Assembly: GCA_028534125.1 (NCBI GenBank)
Contig: CM052817.1
Coordinates: 50,160,001-50,224,000, forward strand
DNA from: Lama glama
Taxonomy: Eukaryota
Direction of reading: 5' to 3'
DNA: 64,000 nucleotides
In this document: positions 11,468 to 23,362 of the stretch, one piece after another
Numbering within the stretch: the stretch's first letter is position 1
How the letters are laid out: each line of letters opens with the position of its first letter
Translations under genes and position numbers: made by a program
Notes under the pieces: generated by a model
Told to the model about the DNA's origin: nothing
What the model saw: the letters and a program-made list of their open reading frames with translations, nothing else
The model's database searches: none

Positions 11468-12748
11468 TGCATTGGTTTGCCAGAGCTATGATAACAATAC
11501 CTCAAGCTGGGTGGCTTAAACAATAGAAGTTCACTTTCTCAGAGTTCTGAAGGCTGGAAGTCTAAGTTCAAGGTATCAGCTTGTTGGGTTTCTCCTCAGG
11601 CCTCTCTCCTCGGCTTGTAGATGGCTACCTTCTCACTGTGTCCTCACATGGCCTTTCCTTTGTTGCATGTGTGTGATGCTGTGATTTATAATAAGAAATA
11701 TGTATGTGGTCTTCATCCCTAAAATCCTTGGAATTTCCTAAGTGATAAGAGAGATAAAGTTTTATATTGATATTCATAAAAAATCCCTGTTAGCCACACC
11801 TGAGTTTATGTTAATGTAGTGACTTTTGGAAAGCATCTAAGGATGGGGGCTGGTTGCCAGGGAGAAACAACCATGTGATTGGAGTGTTGGAACTTTTAAT
11901 CCAACCCCCCTGGCCTCCAGGGAAGGGAGAGAAACTGGAGGTTGAATCAGTAGTCAGTTGCCAGTTATTTAATCAATCATGCCTATGTAATGAAGTCTAT
12001 AAAAACCCAAAAGGGTGGAGTTTGAGAGCTTCCAGGTTGGTGAATGTGTGGAGATCTGGGAGAGAGGTGTGCTCAGAGAGCTTGGAAGCTCTGTGACCCT
12101 TTCCACTTACCTTGTCTTGTGCATCTTTTCTATCAGGCTGTCCCTGAATTATATTCTTTTATAATAAACTGGTAATCTAGTAAGTAAAATGTATTTTGGA
12201 GTTCTGTGAGCCAATCTAGCAAATTAATTGAACCCTAGAAGGGAGTAGTTGGAACTTCTGATCTGTACAGCTGGTTAGTCAGAAGCACAGGTGACAACTG
12301 GACTTGTGAATGGTGTTTGAAGTGTGTGTGTGTGCGTGCGCGTGCACATGCGTGTGTGCGCACAGCAGTGGGGGAGGGGATCTTGGAGGACCAAGCACTT
12401 AACCTGTGGAATCTGATGCTATCTCTGGGTAGATAGTGTCGTAATTGAGTTGAATTGTAGGACACCCAGCTTGTGTTGGAGAATTTCTTGGTGGAGTCAT
12501 GGGAAAAACCTACAACTGGAATTGGGGCGCAGAATTGTTAATGTGCATCCCTGGTGTCTCTGTGTGTGTTCAAGTTACCTCTTCTCATAAGAACACCAGT
12601 CAGATTTGTTTAGGGCCCAACTTAGTGGCTTCATTTTAACTTAATAACCTCTTAAAGGCCCTATCTCTAAATACAGCCACATTCTGTGGTACTAGGGGTC
12701 AGGGCTTCAACAGAAATGTTTTGGGGAGGGGCCACAATTCAGCCAGTT
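11468..12748 (-). mobile_element. MaLR LTR (MLT1A/B-like) split by a MER21-like LTR
   Basis: Two halves at ~11468-11670 (ggtggcttaaacaatagaa...ggctggaagtctaag) and ~12541-12748 (caccagtcagatt...cacaattcagcc). Confidence 0.8.
11672..12538 (+). mobile_element. MER21-like LTR
   Basis: tgtgatgctgtgatttataataagaaatat...ttaatcaatcatgcctatgtaatgaag...gagttctgtgagcc...tctagcaaattaattgaacc; internal alternating purine-pyrimidine tract 12322-12364. Confidence 0.75.
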
Positions 12749-13716
12749 CATTAGGAAGCAGAGTGGGGATAATTATCAGAATCTTTTGACTGCTAGGATC
12801 TATGTGGTAACTGATCATGATTTCCACATTAAATCAAATGGGCAAGCTATTGGAATCCTCTTTATCTTTATAACTAAAATAACTAGAATAAAACTGTCTG
12901 CAGTTGACAATATAGAGTCAAGGACCCCTATTCAAATCCTAGACAGGGGAGAGTCCTCACACTCACAGCTTCTTGACTTATGATTCCTTTTGAAAAAGTA
13001 CCTGCAATGCTTTTGTAAGTGTGTTCAATAAATCTTTTTCCTGGCCTTTCCCAAGTGATTTGCCATTTGCCTGATGCTTGAACAGTGGAAAAAAAAAAAG
13101 AAAAAAAAATAGTTGTTTTAAGGATTATTGATTAGTGACTCTAAAATATTGATAATCTCTAGAGATCTAGAAAACACTGTGGTCCTCAGGTCAGAATAGG
13201 TCTTACTGAGGATCAGGTGGTGAATGGAATAAAGGCTCTTTTGGTATTAAAAGTCAAGTAAAGACTATGGAAACTGTCCTTACTTTTCAAAGTAGTAAAT
13301 CAAAGGCAGCACTGTATCTGTCGGGGAGAGAATCACAGAGATTGGTGCTCCACTACAGATAGAAGGGAAATGGATTGGTTTTAGAAGATGAAAGCTAATT
13401 ATCTTAATCAAGTGGTAATTCCAATCAGTCTTTCTGCTGGAGCAGATCAACACAGTCCTTGGCATGTAGCAGTAATGAAGATGAGTACTTCTTTTTTCTC
13501 TTTTTCCCAAAACAGGGAGAATCAGAAGCTGTTTGCTCCTAACGTGACAAGAACAGGGTAGTATACACCTCTTACTTCAGGGCCAGGTCATCTCTCGTAC
13601 TCTCTGTCACAATCTACTCCATAGGGCATTTGATCATTTCATCATATTAGACTACCGTATAGATAACACTGAACTGATAGAATCTGATAAGCAGAAAGTA
13701 GCAGGTATCCTAGATC

Positions 13717-13985
13717 AGTGTTTCTTAAACAAGGATGATGGACCAATTTTTAGAAATTATTTCCAATCCATCTAGATGAATACTTTTATAAAATACAATA
13801 AAAATAAATTACTAGTAAAATTAAATTAAAAAGGCATGAAATATAAATCCGATTTTTTTAGATTGAATCAAATTTCTATAAACATTTCTAAGTACCCACT
13901 TTCAATTTCTACACTGACTGTGGACCAGTAACAAAGAGTTCACAGACCAGCACAGGTATGTGGACCGCACTTTGATTAGTCTTAC
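13717..13985. mobile_element. hAT-Charlie type non-autonomous DNA transposon
   Basis: cagtgtttcttaaa left end and gtggaccgcactttga right end; interrupts ERV-L pol. Confidence 0.65.
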
Positions 13986-14148
13986 TCTACATGCTTTTAT
14001 AAGACTTATGTTTGCCAGGGGATGGGAGATAAACTCCATGTAAATTAAGGGGTCTGCCACTTCAGTGAAGTGTTTGGGAATCCAGTGATATGGGGCATGC
14101 GAAGATACTTGACTCAGTCAAAATCAAATTGATACACTTTGTGATTCC

Positions 14149-14150
<2 letters not shown>

Positions 14151-14186
<36 letters not shown>
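14151..14186. repeat. (AC)n microsatellite
   Basis: Directly visible. Confidence 0.97.
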
Positions 14187-14189
<3 letters not shown>

Positions 14190-14465
14190 TTGATACGTTT
14201 TGTTTTAGATTTTTGGAGGAAAGGCATATCATATTTTGGTCCTCTGCTATGACTCAGTAATCCCTTTAGATTGCCAGTTTTGAATGTGGTACAAAACAAG
14301 AAATGATTCTTCAGCTGTTCCAGGCTATAATGCAGTCAGCTCTCCCAGAATCTCTTTTACTTAACCTTGTGACTTATGAACCTAAGGGTCCTAAACTGCA
14401 GAAGAGGATTCTGTGTAGAGAATTTATGGGAGTCCCCGAGTATTTTGAAGAAAATCATGGCCTTT

Positions 14466-14932
14466 GTATCAGCCAGGGTTCTCCTTTTTTCCTCCTGAAA
14501 CAGAAGCAGTAGGATGGATGGATAGATACAGATGGATAGATACTGCCTGTTGGAGCTGGATAGATACAAATGGATAGATACTGCCTGTTGGAGCTGGCCT
14601 GTTGGAGCTGGATGGATAGATACAGATGGATAGATACTGCCTGTTCAAGTCTGAAATTTGTAGGAAAACTGAGGCTGACTCTCAGAAGCTGAGGCTGCCA
14701 TCCTGAGGCTGACTTTCTTTTTTCCTTATGGAAACCTCCATTCTGCTCTAAAGGGGTTTCAACTGCTTAGATGATTCCCACCCACATTATCAAAAATAAT
14801 CTCCTTTTTAAAGTGAACTGACTGTAGAGGTTAATTTAACCACAACTACAAAATGCTTCCACAGCAAAGCCTAGTGTTTGAGTGAATAACTGGACATTGT
14901 TGCCTACTCAAGTTACCCAAACTAATTATCAC
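14466..14932 (-). mobile_element. MLT2-type LTR with internal tandem duplication
   Basis: tgtatcagccagggttctcc...gaaacagaa...cccacccacattatc...aattatcaca; duplicated ~38-bp units at 14513-14645. Confidence 0.8.
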
Positions 14933-15755
14933 ATCCCCCCTCCCCCACCTTTTTTCTCAAAGAACGCTTTTCCTTCCGCAAAACTACTGGGCTTTTATGG
15001 AGACTGAATGCCAGATCATGGAAGACAATCACCCTGTGATCTGAGATTCCTATTTTGAAATAGATTGTTCTGACCGAAGCCAAAATGCCTGGGCATTTTA
15101 CACCTAGGAAATGTCTAGGAAACCATGAGCTCTGATGATTTAGAGGTCTTAGTATGGATTCATGCTTCCACTGGGGAATACACACACACAAAATGGGTCC
15201 ATTTAACATTGAAGATTGAGATGGTCTCCTGGCCATTTTGTACTGTAATCATGCCACTGACCCAACAGGTGGAAAAAAAAAAAAAAAGGTTGCTGTATTA
15301 ACTAGGTTACTATGCTGACTAGCATGGGTTTTGCTGTGCTGTGAGGGCAAGGAGAAACGTGTGTGGAAGCCAGGGCATCTTCCGCAGTGTCTCCAGTGCT
15401 CTGCTCCCAAGTAGAAAAGTTAATGAAAGATTGTTGCAACCCCAAACTGGCAGGAGTATTCATGGTTAAGTCACCTTGAGATTGAAGGTTTGCCTGTCCT
15501 CACCAGGTATAAAACACATTCTATCTAAGATCTGGTTGAGTGCAGAGGAAAAATGGAATGTGTAGTTGAGGAGGGAAATCATAAGGCTCAGTTCTACCTT
15601 CTAACCAGTTTCACAAAACAAAACTCTAGGTATATATATTCATTATTACATTAACAAGCATCCTTTCCTATCCCTTTTCTTTACTGCTCTACATACAGTG
15701 CATTGATGAAAGTTAAATTTATTTTTAGTGTTTTTTGGCAGATAACATTAAAATA

Positions 15756-17115
15756 TATTTTTTCTTCCAATTTTATTGAGATATAATTGACTTATAGCAC
15801 TGTATTAGTTTATGGTGTACAACACAGTGATTTGATTTACACAAATCATGAAATGATTACCACAGTAAGTTTCGTGAACATCCATCATCTCATAGAGATA
15901 AAACATTAAAGATATAGAAAAAACATTTTTTCCTTGTAATGAAAACTCTTAGGGTTTATTCTCTTAATGAATTTCATTTACAACATGCAGCAGTATTAAT
16001 TATCTTTATCATGTTGTACGTTAAATCCCTAGTACTTAGTTATCTTATAACTCTAGCGTTGTACTTTCTGATCACCTTCATCAGATTCCCCCTCCCCCTA
16101 CCTCTGTTAGCCACAAATCTAATCTCTTTTTCCATAAGTTTGTCTGTTTTTGAAGTGTAATTGACCTACAGCACTGTGTTAGTTCCTGGTGCACAACATA
16201 GTGACTTGGTATTTTATATATTTTAAAATGATCACCATGATAACTCTAGTGTCATCTGTCACCTTATGAAGATATTACATAATTATTAACTATATTCTGC
16301 ATCCTGTACATTTCATACCTATGACTCATTTATTTTGTAACTGAAAGTTTTTAACTCTTAATATCCCTCACCTGTTCCTTTCCCCTCCTTATTCCCTCCC
16401 CTCTTGCAACCACCTGTTTGTTCTCTGTATCTATGCCTTTGTTTCTGTTTAGTTATATTTATTCATTTGTTTTATTTTTAAAATTTCACATATAAGTGAA
16501 ACCATATAGTATTTATCTTTCTCTGTCTGACTTATTTCACTTAGCGTAATAGGTCCATCCATGTTGTCACAGATGACAGTAGCTCATTCTTTTTTATGGC
16601 TGAATAATATTCCATTGTATACATACCACAACTTCTTTATCCAGTCATTAATCTGTGGACAATTAGGTTGTTTCCAGTATCTAGGCTATTGTAAATAATG
16701 CTGCAATAAACATAGGGGTGCTATCTTTTCAATTTAGTGTTTTTGTTTTCTTCAGATAAATACCCAGAAGGGAATTGCTGCATCATATGGTAGTTCTATT
16801 TTTAATTTTTAAAGGAATCTTTATACTGTTTTCCATAGTGGCTGCACAATTTACATTCCCACCAACCGTGCATGAAGGTTCCTTTTCTCCACATCTTTAC
16901 CAACACTTATTTGTTGTCTTTTTGATAATAGCTATTCTGACAGATGTGAGGTAATATCTCATTGTGGTTTTGACTTGCATTTTCCTGATGATTAATGATG
17001 TTGAGCATCTTTTCGTGTGCTTATTGGCCATTTGTATATCTTCTTCAAAAAGAAAAGTCTCTTCATGTCCTCTGCCCATTTTTAAATTAGGTTGTTGTTT
17101 TTTGATGTTGAGTGA
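15756..17115 (-). mobile_element. L1 3' fragment (L1MA-type)
   Basis: Antisense L1 3' UTR (ttttattgagatataattgac). ORF 16897-17079 encodes EEDIQMANKHTKRCSTSLIIRKMQVKTTMRYYLT, typical of the ORF2 C-terminus. Confidence 0.9.
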
Positions 17116-17245
17116 TGATAGTTAAATTTATCATTGAATCCTTAGGTAACAGGATATCAAAGTCAGACTGTGACTGAAATATAACAGGAAGAAACATCAT
17201 CTAGAGATATAGATCCAATGGCTGAAATCTTTGGATTTGTCTTTT

Positions 17246-17436
17246 TTTTTAAACATTTTAAAAATTGTGTTATAGTCATTTTACAATGTTGTGTCAAATT
17301 CCAGTGTAGAGCACAATTTTTCAGTTGTACATGAACATATATATATTCATTGTCACATTGTTTTTCGCTGTGAGCTACCACAAGATCTTGTATATATTTC
17401 CCTGTGCTATAGAGTATAATCTTGTTTATCTATTCT
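17246..17436 (-). mobile_element. Young 5'-truncated L1 3' end (camelid-type)
   Basis: Poly-T start, L1 3' UTR text, flanked by TSD tggattYgtctttt (17232-17245 and 17437-17450). Confidence 0.8.
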
Positions 17437-17592
17437 GGATTCGTCTTTTGAGGAAAGGGTGAACTCTTTAATGTTTCTTTGAGTAATGTTTGCATTGTAC
17501 TAGGTAGGAAAATGTAGTTTTTACTATTGCTATTTAGAATTTATTTCATATCAGATGATATATATGGATGTAGAGAAGCCAAAGAGAGGGAT

Positions 17593-18100
17593 TATGCTGG
17601 ATGTCATTTCCAACCCCTTTCAACTATCTATTAGGGGTTGGAAAGCATAAAACCACATCTCCCAGCCCACTTTGCTTCTAGGATTCTTGATGTGTGAGAT
17701 GCCACTAATATGGGCTGTAGATATGGGACAGATGGGTGTTTCCTGGTGCTGTTTGTGGAGGCAGATGAGATTGTGGAGCCATGAGGCAGTAGTGGCAGCC
17801 AGACTCAGCTCATGGATGCCGTTCACCAGCTCATGGATGTCTAAAGGCAGGGGCAGGGGCAAGGTGGCTGGATTTAAGTTCAGAGCTGAATCAGCAGCTT
17901 CCTGAGTGTCATCAGGTAGTGGTAGAAGCAGCTGCAGTTTCCTGATTCTGGATTGCAGCTTTAGAAGTAAGCACTTGAATTAAATCATTCCTATACTCAC
18001 ATCCCTCCAGCCCTTCTAAAGATTTTGTGGTCATCCAATTCTTTACATTAAGTTCCCTTCTGCTTAAAATACCCAGGCTATTTCAATTTTATGTATAGAA
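17593..18100 (+). mobile_element. ERV-L 3' LTR (LTR33-like)
   Basis: Follows a purine tract; shares diverged blocks with 9500-10007 (tttc(t/c)tgattc; ttaagttcc...tctg...aaaatac). Confidence 0.6.
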
Positions 18101-18407
18101 ATTAATGTCTTTGAAGGTTTTTCTGGGTCTTTACTATGGTCTGCATCTTGAGCTTTCAGAGATTCTGGAAAGGCTTTTAGTGCCTTGACTTTCCCCTACT
18201 GTATCCCAGCAAAACCCAACATGAAACAAACAAAAGGAATTGAAGAAGAGGCCCAAACTAACTACCTTTATTCTGTTTTCTGATGCAATAAGTGAGTCAG
18301 TTTCCATTAGACTAAAACTTCTTCTTCTTTTTCTTTTTCTTTTGTTTTAGAAATTCAAGATTAAGTCTGAGGTAGCAAAGTATAGAGGGAAGGATAATGG
18401 CTGTAAA

Positions 18408-18652
18408 ATCTAACACTTACTGAATACTTATTATGGTCTAGGCGTTATACTAAGCATTTTACATGCATTAGTTAATAATCACAGCAGTTCAATAAGGTAG
18501 GATTTTGAAATATTTTTTGTATAGGTGAAGAAACTGAAGCTAAGAGATTTGGGTGACTGGCTTGGGATCACAATTATTTGAGTGGTGCCAGGTCTCACAT
18601 CTTGAGAGTGCAATTCCAGAACCCACAATCTAACCACAATACTGTGCTGCCT
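18408..18652 (-). mobile_element. MIR SINE relic
   Basis: taacacttactgaatactta...ctaagcattttacatgcatt...ggtgaagaaactgaagct. Confidence 0.75.
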
Positions 18653-19152
18653 TAAAACCTGAAAATGGGAGCTCCATTCCCATTTAGCAGATTACTCATC
18701 TGCTCTTTGCTGAGTCTCTCGCCTGTACAGCAGAGATTCCAATATCCTCCCTGAGTTGTGGTAAGAATCCAGTCAACTGAAATAAGTGAAAACAGCCTGT
18801 ATGTAAGAGAAGTTATAGTAGTGTTGATATTTTGGATAGAACTAATAAGTTCATATCAGGTATTTTTTTCCCCAAACAAACAAGAAATGTGGAGATATAT
18901 TAGAGGATACTGAGAAGCTTGTAAGTGGGAGGGATCAATTTCTTAAAAGAGGAACACAGTTTGTGAATAGAGAGGCTCAGGATAGTAAAGGCTTTAATCT
19001 ACTTGACAATTTTGGCTGCTGCTGCTCCTGAATGTTTATAAAGAGTAGGATAATTGGGGTCTACTACATCTGCCCTTTCTGTCTCCCTTCTGTTTTCTGA
19101 GTAGGGGTTCAGCTGATAGATCTCTATCCAGCTTAGAATTAGCACTCCTTTG

Positions 19153-19755
19153 GTGCAAGTCTGTTTGGGTTCATCTGATTTGGGACCCTCTGTGCTTCCT
19201 GTACCTGGATATCTGTTTCCTTCTTTAGGTTTGGGTAGTTTTCAGCCATAATTTCTTCAAATAAATAAATTTTCAATCCCCTTTTCTCTTTGCATGCGTG
19301 CGTGCGTGCGTGTGTGTGTGTAATGGAGTACTACTCAGCCATAAAAAAGAATGAACTAATGCCATTTGCAGCAACATAGATGGATCTAGATGTCATACTA
19401 AGTGAAGTAAGTCAGACAAAGACAAATATACCTTATCACTTATATGTGGAATCTAAAAAAGTGACACAAATGAGCCTATTTACAAAACAGAAACAGACTC
19501 ACAGACGTAGAAAACAAACTTATTATTATCAAAGGGGAAGGCAGAGGAGGGATAAGTTAGAAGTTTAAGATTAACAAATACAAACTATCATATACAAAAT
19601 AAGTAAACAACAAGGTTGTACAATACCGCACAAGGAACTATATTCAATAGCTTGTAGTAACCAATAATAAAAAAGGTTTTATATATATATATAACTGAAT
19701 CACTAAGCTGTACACCAAAAACTAACACAAAATTGTAAATCAACTGTACTTCAAA
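19153..19755 (+). mobile_element. 5'-inverted L1 insertion (inverted ORF1 piece plus sense 3' end)
   Basis: 18-bp TSD agaattagcaYtcctttg (19135-19152 and 19756-19773); ~19160-19290 is antisense to ORF1 sequence like 26090-26220; 19321-19755 is a sense L1 3' end. Confidence 0.85.
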
Positions 19756-21519
19756 AGAATTAGCATTCCTTTGAGGCAGGTTTTTGTTGGCATCAGATGA
19801 CTGAGACTTCTATAGGCTTTGCCGAGAGATAAATGTGCCCCTATAGCATTTCATCCCGTTCTGTCCACACCCCTTTATTCTGCCTACTCACGTGACCTCT
19901 ACTCCTCCTTTATTCTCTCATTTAATATTATGTTTTGTTATATCTCCTTAAAGATGTTCGTTTTAAAAAATATTTTTGTTTTTGAATAAATTTACCCCTG
20001 TAATTCAAATTGTAAATGCAAAAGTTGTTAATGTGATTTAAAAAAAATCCTTTTGGTGTCCTGTACATAGAATGCTTTTAAATTATTTTGAACCCTTGGC
20101 AAAATGAGTCGTGCAGGCAGTTCTGTTATAGTAGGTTAAATGTTTAGCATTGTCTGCCATATGCTTCTTTTCTGTGAAGTGTGGTGTTTGTGTTTCTGGA
20201 ATGGTTAATGGATCAAATTCATGTCTTTTGAGCTTATACTGGAGAATGGTGTAGTTCATAGGTTTCTGGAAAAACAGAAGTTTCTGAAGCTTCAATTGTC
20301 TAACATGACAATCTGTGTGATGCCAAAATTCAGTTAGGAAAGGTTTCTGGCAGATCTGTTTTGCAGTCATATTACAGGTTTGGCAACTGAAATCATGAAT
20401 TCTTTAAAAAGAAAAGCCCAAAACACAAAAAATAACAACAAAAACTGCATGTGCCATCTCAATTTGTGTTTTTGGCACTCATACCCCTAATTTCTATTTA
20501 TTGTCTTAATGGAGTTGCTGTTCTCATTGATTTTTTTTTCTTTCAGTTTAGCCCTTTAATGCAAACTGGCTGCAGTAAAAATTTGTCAGGAATCAGTTCA
20601 TTTTTGATTACTTCTTGGCATGACAATGGACAGAATAAAGCCACAAAGATAAAAGAGTGTGTTTTACATAAGCGGGCTACTTATCTTTAAATTTTGGAGG
20701 CACTTATTGTCACTCTTCTGAGTGTTAACCTTGTCTGTAAAATCAAAGGATATTTGAGAAGTTGAAATGAAGAAAGAATAGGGTAAGGTACTCCTTAATT
20801 AAGTTTTTTCTTTAACGTGTGGTTAAATCTAATCTTACCTGAACCATGATCCAATGGATAAGTTTATATGGAATCAGAGCCATTTTCATATTTTGTATGG
20901 GGAAAAGCACTTATATCCTTCAATGGAAAAGGTCATTTGTATTAGTTAGAAGCCTTTGGAGAACCACTTGATGAGTGTAAATGATACCCTTCAGCTTCTA
21001 AATAATGGAGTATAAGTTCAATCTTCATTGGATGGGTAGGTAAAATGGCAGCATATAGGATGAAAGAAGATAATTTTTCTTTTCATATGAAATACCTTGG
21101 GGCAGAAGCCTGGGAGTAAAAGAGGTAGAGCATTGAATTAAATTGGGGTGAGGTGATTGGAAAGTAGGTTAACAGGAGGATAGGATGGATCATGATCAAT
21201 TGATGGGTAAAGATGGAAACAAAGCAGTAGAGTAAAATTACTAGAATGCTATGGGAATTTTCTCTCTTTGTAAAACAAGAATTGCTAATTCCTGTAACAC
21301 CTCATGTCTGGTTTATTGCAGTGGTCTTTGCCCCAACATTTCCCAGAGATGTGTCAAACACTAAACCCTTGTGTCTTCATGAAATTCAAGGACAAGTATC
21401 AGGTTCTCTAAGAGATGCTCAGAGGCCTTCCTCCATTTCCACACAGGGCTGAAGAATGATGGAGAGTAAATGCCACAGCATTTTAAAAAATTAGCTTATT
21501 TAAACTAACCTCCCCCACA

Positions 21520-21890
21520 GGAAGAGTTTACTCATTTCTCTCACATTGTCTCCTATACCCCCACCTCTGGCAACCACCAATCTGTTTTCTGTATCGGTGA
21601 CATTAGTTGGTTGGTTGGTTTATTGATTGATTTTTCACACGAAAGAGAGACTATTCAGTATTTATCTTTCTATGTCTGACTTTTTCATTTAGTATAATGC
21701 CCTTGAAGTCCATGCATGTTGACACAAATGGCAAGGTTTCATTCTTTTTTTACAACTAAATAATATAGACACCTATGTACACACACAGACACACACACAA
21801 TTTCTTTATCCATTCATTCATCAGTGGAAACAGATTATTTCCATATCTTGGCTAATATAAATAATGCTGCAATGAACATGGGGATACAAA
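21520..21890 (-). mobile_element. L1 3' fragment
   Basis: ctctggcaaccaccaatctgttttctgtat...tttctttatccattcattc...ataatgctgcaatgaacatggg. Confidence 0.8.
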
Positions 21891-23231
21891 GAATTTCTAT
21901 TTTTTTCAAAGAAATTTTCTTTTTTTCTTGCTTTAAATTCTTTCTATACATTTTTAGTCAGTTAAAGCACTAAGGTTTAAAAAATTGTTTTTTAACTATC
22001 TCTTACAATTTTCATGTAGTTGATCTACTAGCTTCTGATTTGGAATGTGAGAGTACTCTACTATTTTGTTCTAGGTTTTTGGGTCTCCGATAAAATGGAG
22101 GTAGAAAAATGCCCACTTTAATGTCCAGTTTTACCAGTACTTACAATTCTTTGACTTTTTTTCCTAGTTGTTTTAAAGAATATATTTTCTTACCTGAAAG
22201 TCAATTATAATTCATTAAAATCAAGGACCATGTTGTTAGTTATTTTCTTTTATAAACCAAAGTGTTCCTCCTATCTCACTTCACCTTTCATTCTGAGTTG
22301 TCACTTAATTCTAAATAAATAACTTCTAGTTGATTAATTTTGGAATTAAGTTACCAGTTGACAACCCTGCCTGTAGTTATTATACTGATATAGGGAAAAG
22401 GAATCGATGTGTATGTTTATTGTTGGAGTGCCAACAAAGATCCACTTGGCAATAGAAAAAGAAACAATAGAAAAATGAGTGAGAATAGGAACAGAGTAGG
22501 CATTGAATTAAGCACATTTTTTGGTTTTTATCTTTTCATATACTATGTTTTTATATTTTTTTCCTTTTTTAAAAAATTAAGTCATTCAACCAATCCAGAT
22601 TTGTTCTTTGCTATTAGTCCTTTTTTAGCTGTCTTTGCTTTGTTTTTCTACTTGGATTAATTCTTGATTATTTGGGTCAGATTATTTCTTCCATTATTTG
22701 CAATTAACTCCTCTTTGCTGATAATTCTTTGTACTTACTTTTATATACAAATTGAGCTTAGAATAAGAGACCAATTGAACATGTTTCATTTAAGAGCCTC
22801 AAATGTGCTTAACTTTGGTTTTATCAGTATTTTATAGACTGTATCTGTTTTCGGTTTTTATGATTTGTTTTGGGAAAACTTCCTCTGTTTGAACAAAGTC
22901 TCAATGTGCTGTTTTAGCAAAATATTTTTTAGTATAAAATAAAACATGCTTATTGTAGAGAATATAGGAAATAGAAAGGAGAAAATAAATCAACTGTCAT
23001 TTGATCACACAGAGATAACTAATTATTATCATTTTGGTGTGTTTTCCTCCAGTCATTTTTTATCTTCATGTTTAACAAGAGTTTATAGTGTATGCCCTGA
23101 CTCATTTTTGTTTTATTTCATTTTGTAGACCACAGATCTGTTAAATGTGATGATTATAGACAACTTTGTTTGACTTTGTAGTTTAATAGGAATGCCTTTT
23201 CCTAGTGCTCAGTAGAATATAAATAGGCAAT

Positions 23232-23362
23232 TTTTAAAAATTGAAGTATAGTTGATTTACAATGTTGTGTTAGTTTCTGGTGTACAACATAGTGATGCAG
23301 TTTTATATATTCTTTTTCATATTCCCATGCCTGAGGCAGGGCTGAGGGCAGCGTAACCTATG
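23232..23362 (-). mobile_element. Short L1 3' end insertion with a GC-rich 5' extra piece
   Basis: ttgaagtatagttgatttacaatgttgtgttagtttctggtgtac; TSD ataaatagg(ca/tg)at at 23219-23231 and 23363-23375. Confidence 0.7.

Larger units (their letters stand above)
10008..17592 (+). mobile_element. Decayed ERV-L internal region (gag/pro/pol/dUTPase remnants) with nested insertions
   Basis: Translated remnants resemble ERV-L Pol as recalled: LNQVVIPI and LLEQINT (~13403-13453), ARGWEINSM*IKGSATSVKCLGIQ*YGACED (~14014-14106), YWAFMETE (~14985), dUTPase-like MLPLGNT...PGHF (~15162-15240); PPT-like agccaaagagagggga before the 3' LTR. Confidence 0.8.

Noticed and set aside
10008..17592. Domesticated or intact ERV-L gene
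   Set aside because: All gag, pol and dUTPase remnants have stops, frameshifts and insertions; no long ORF remains.
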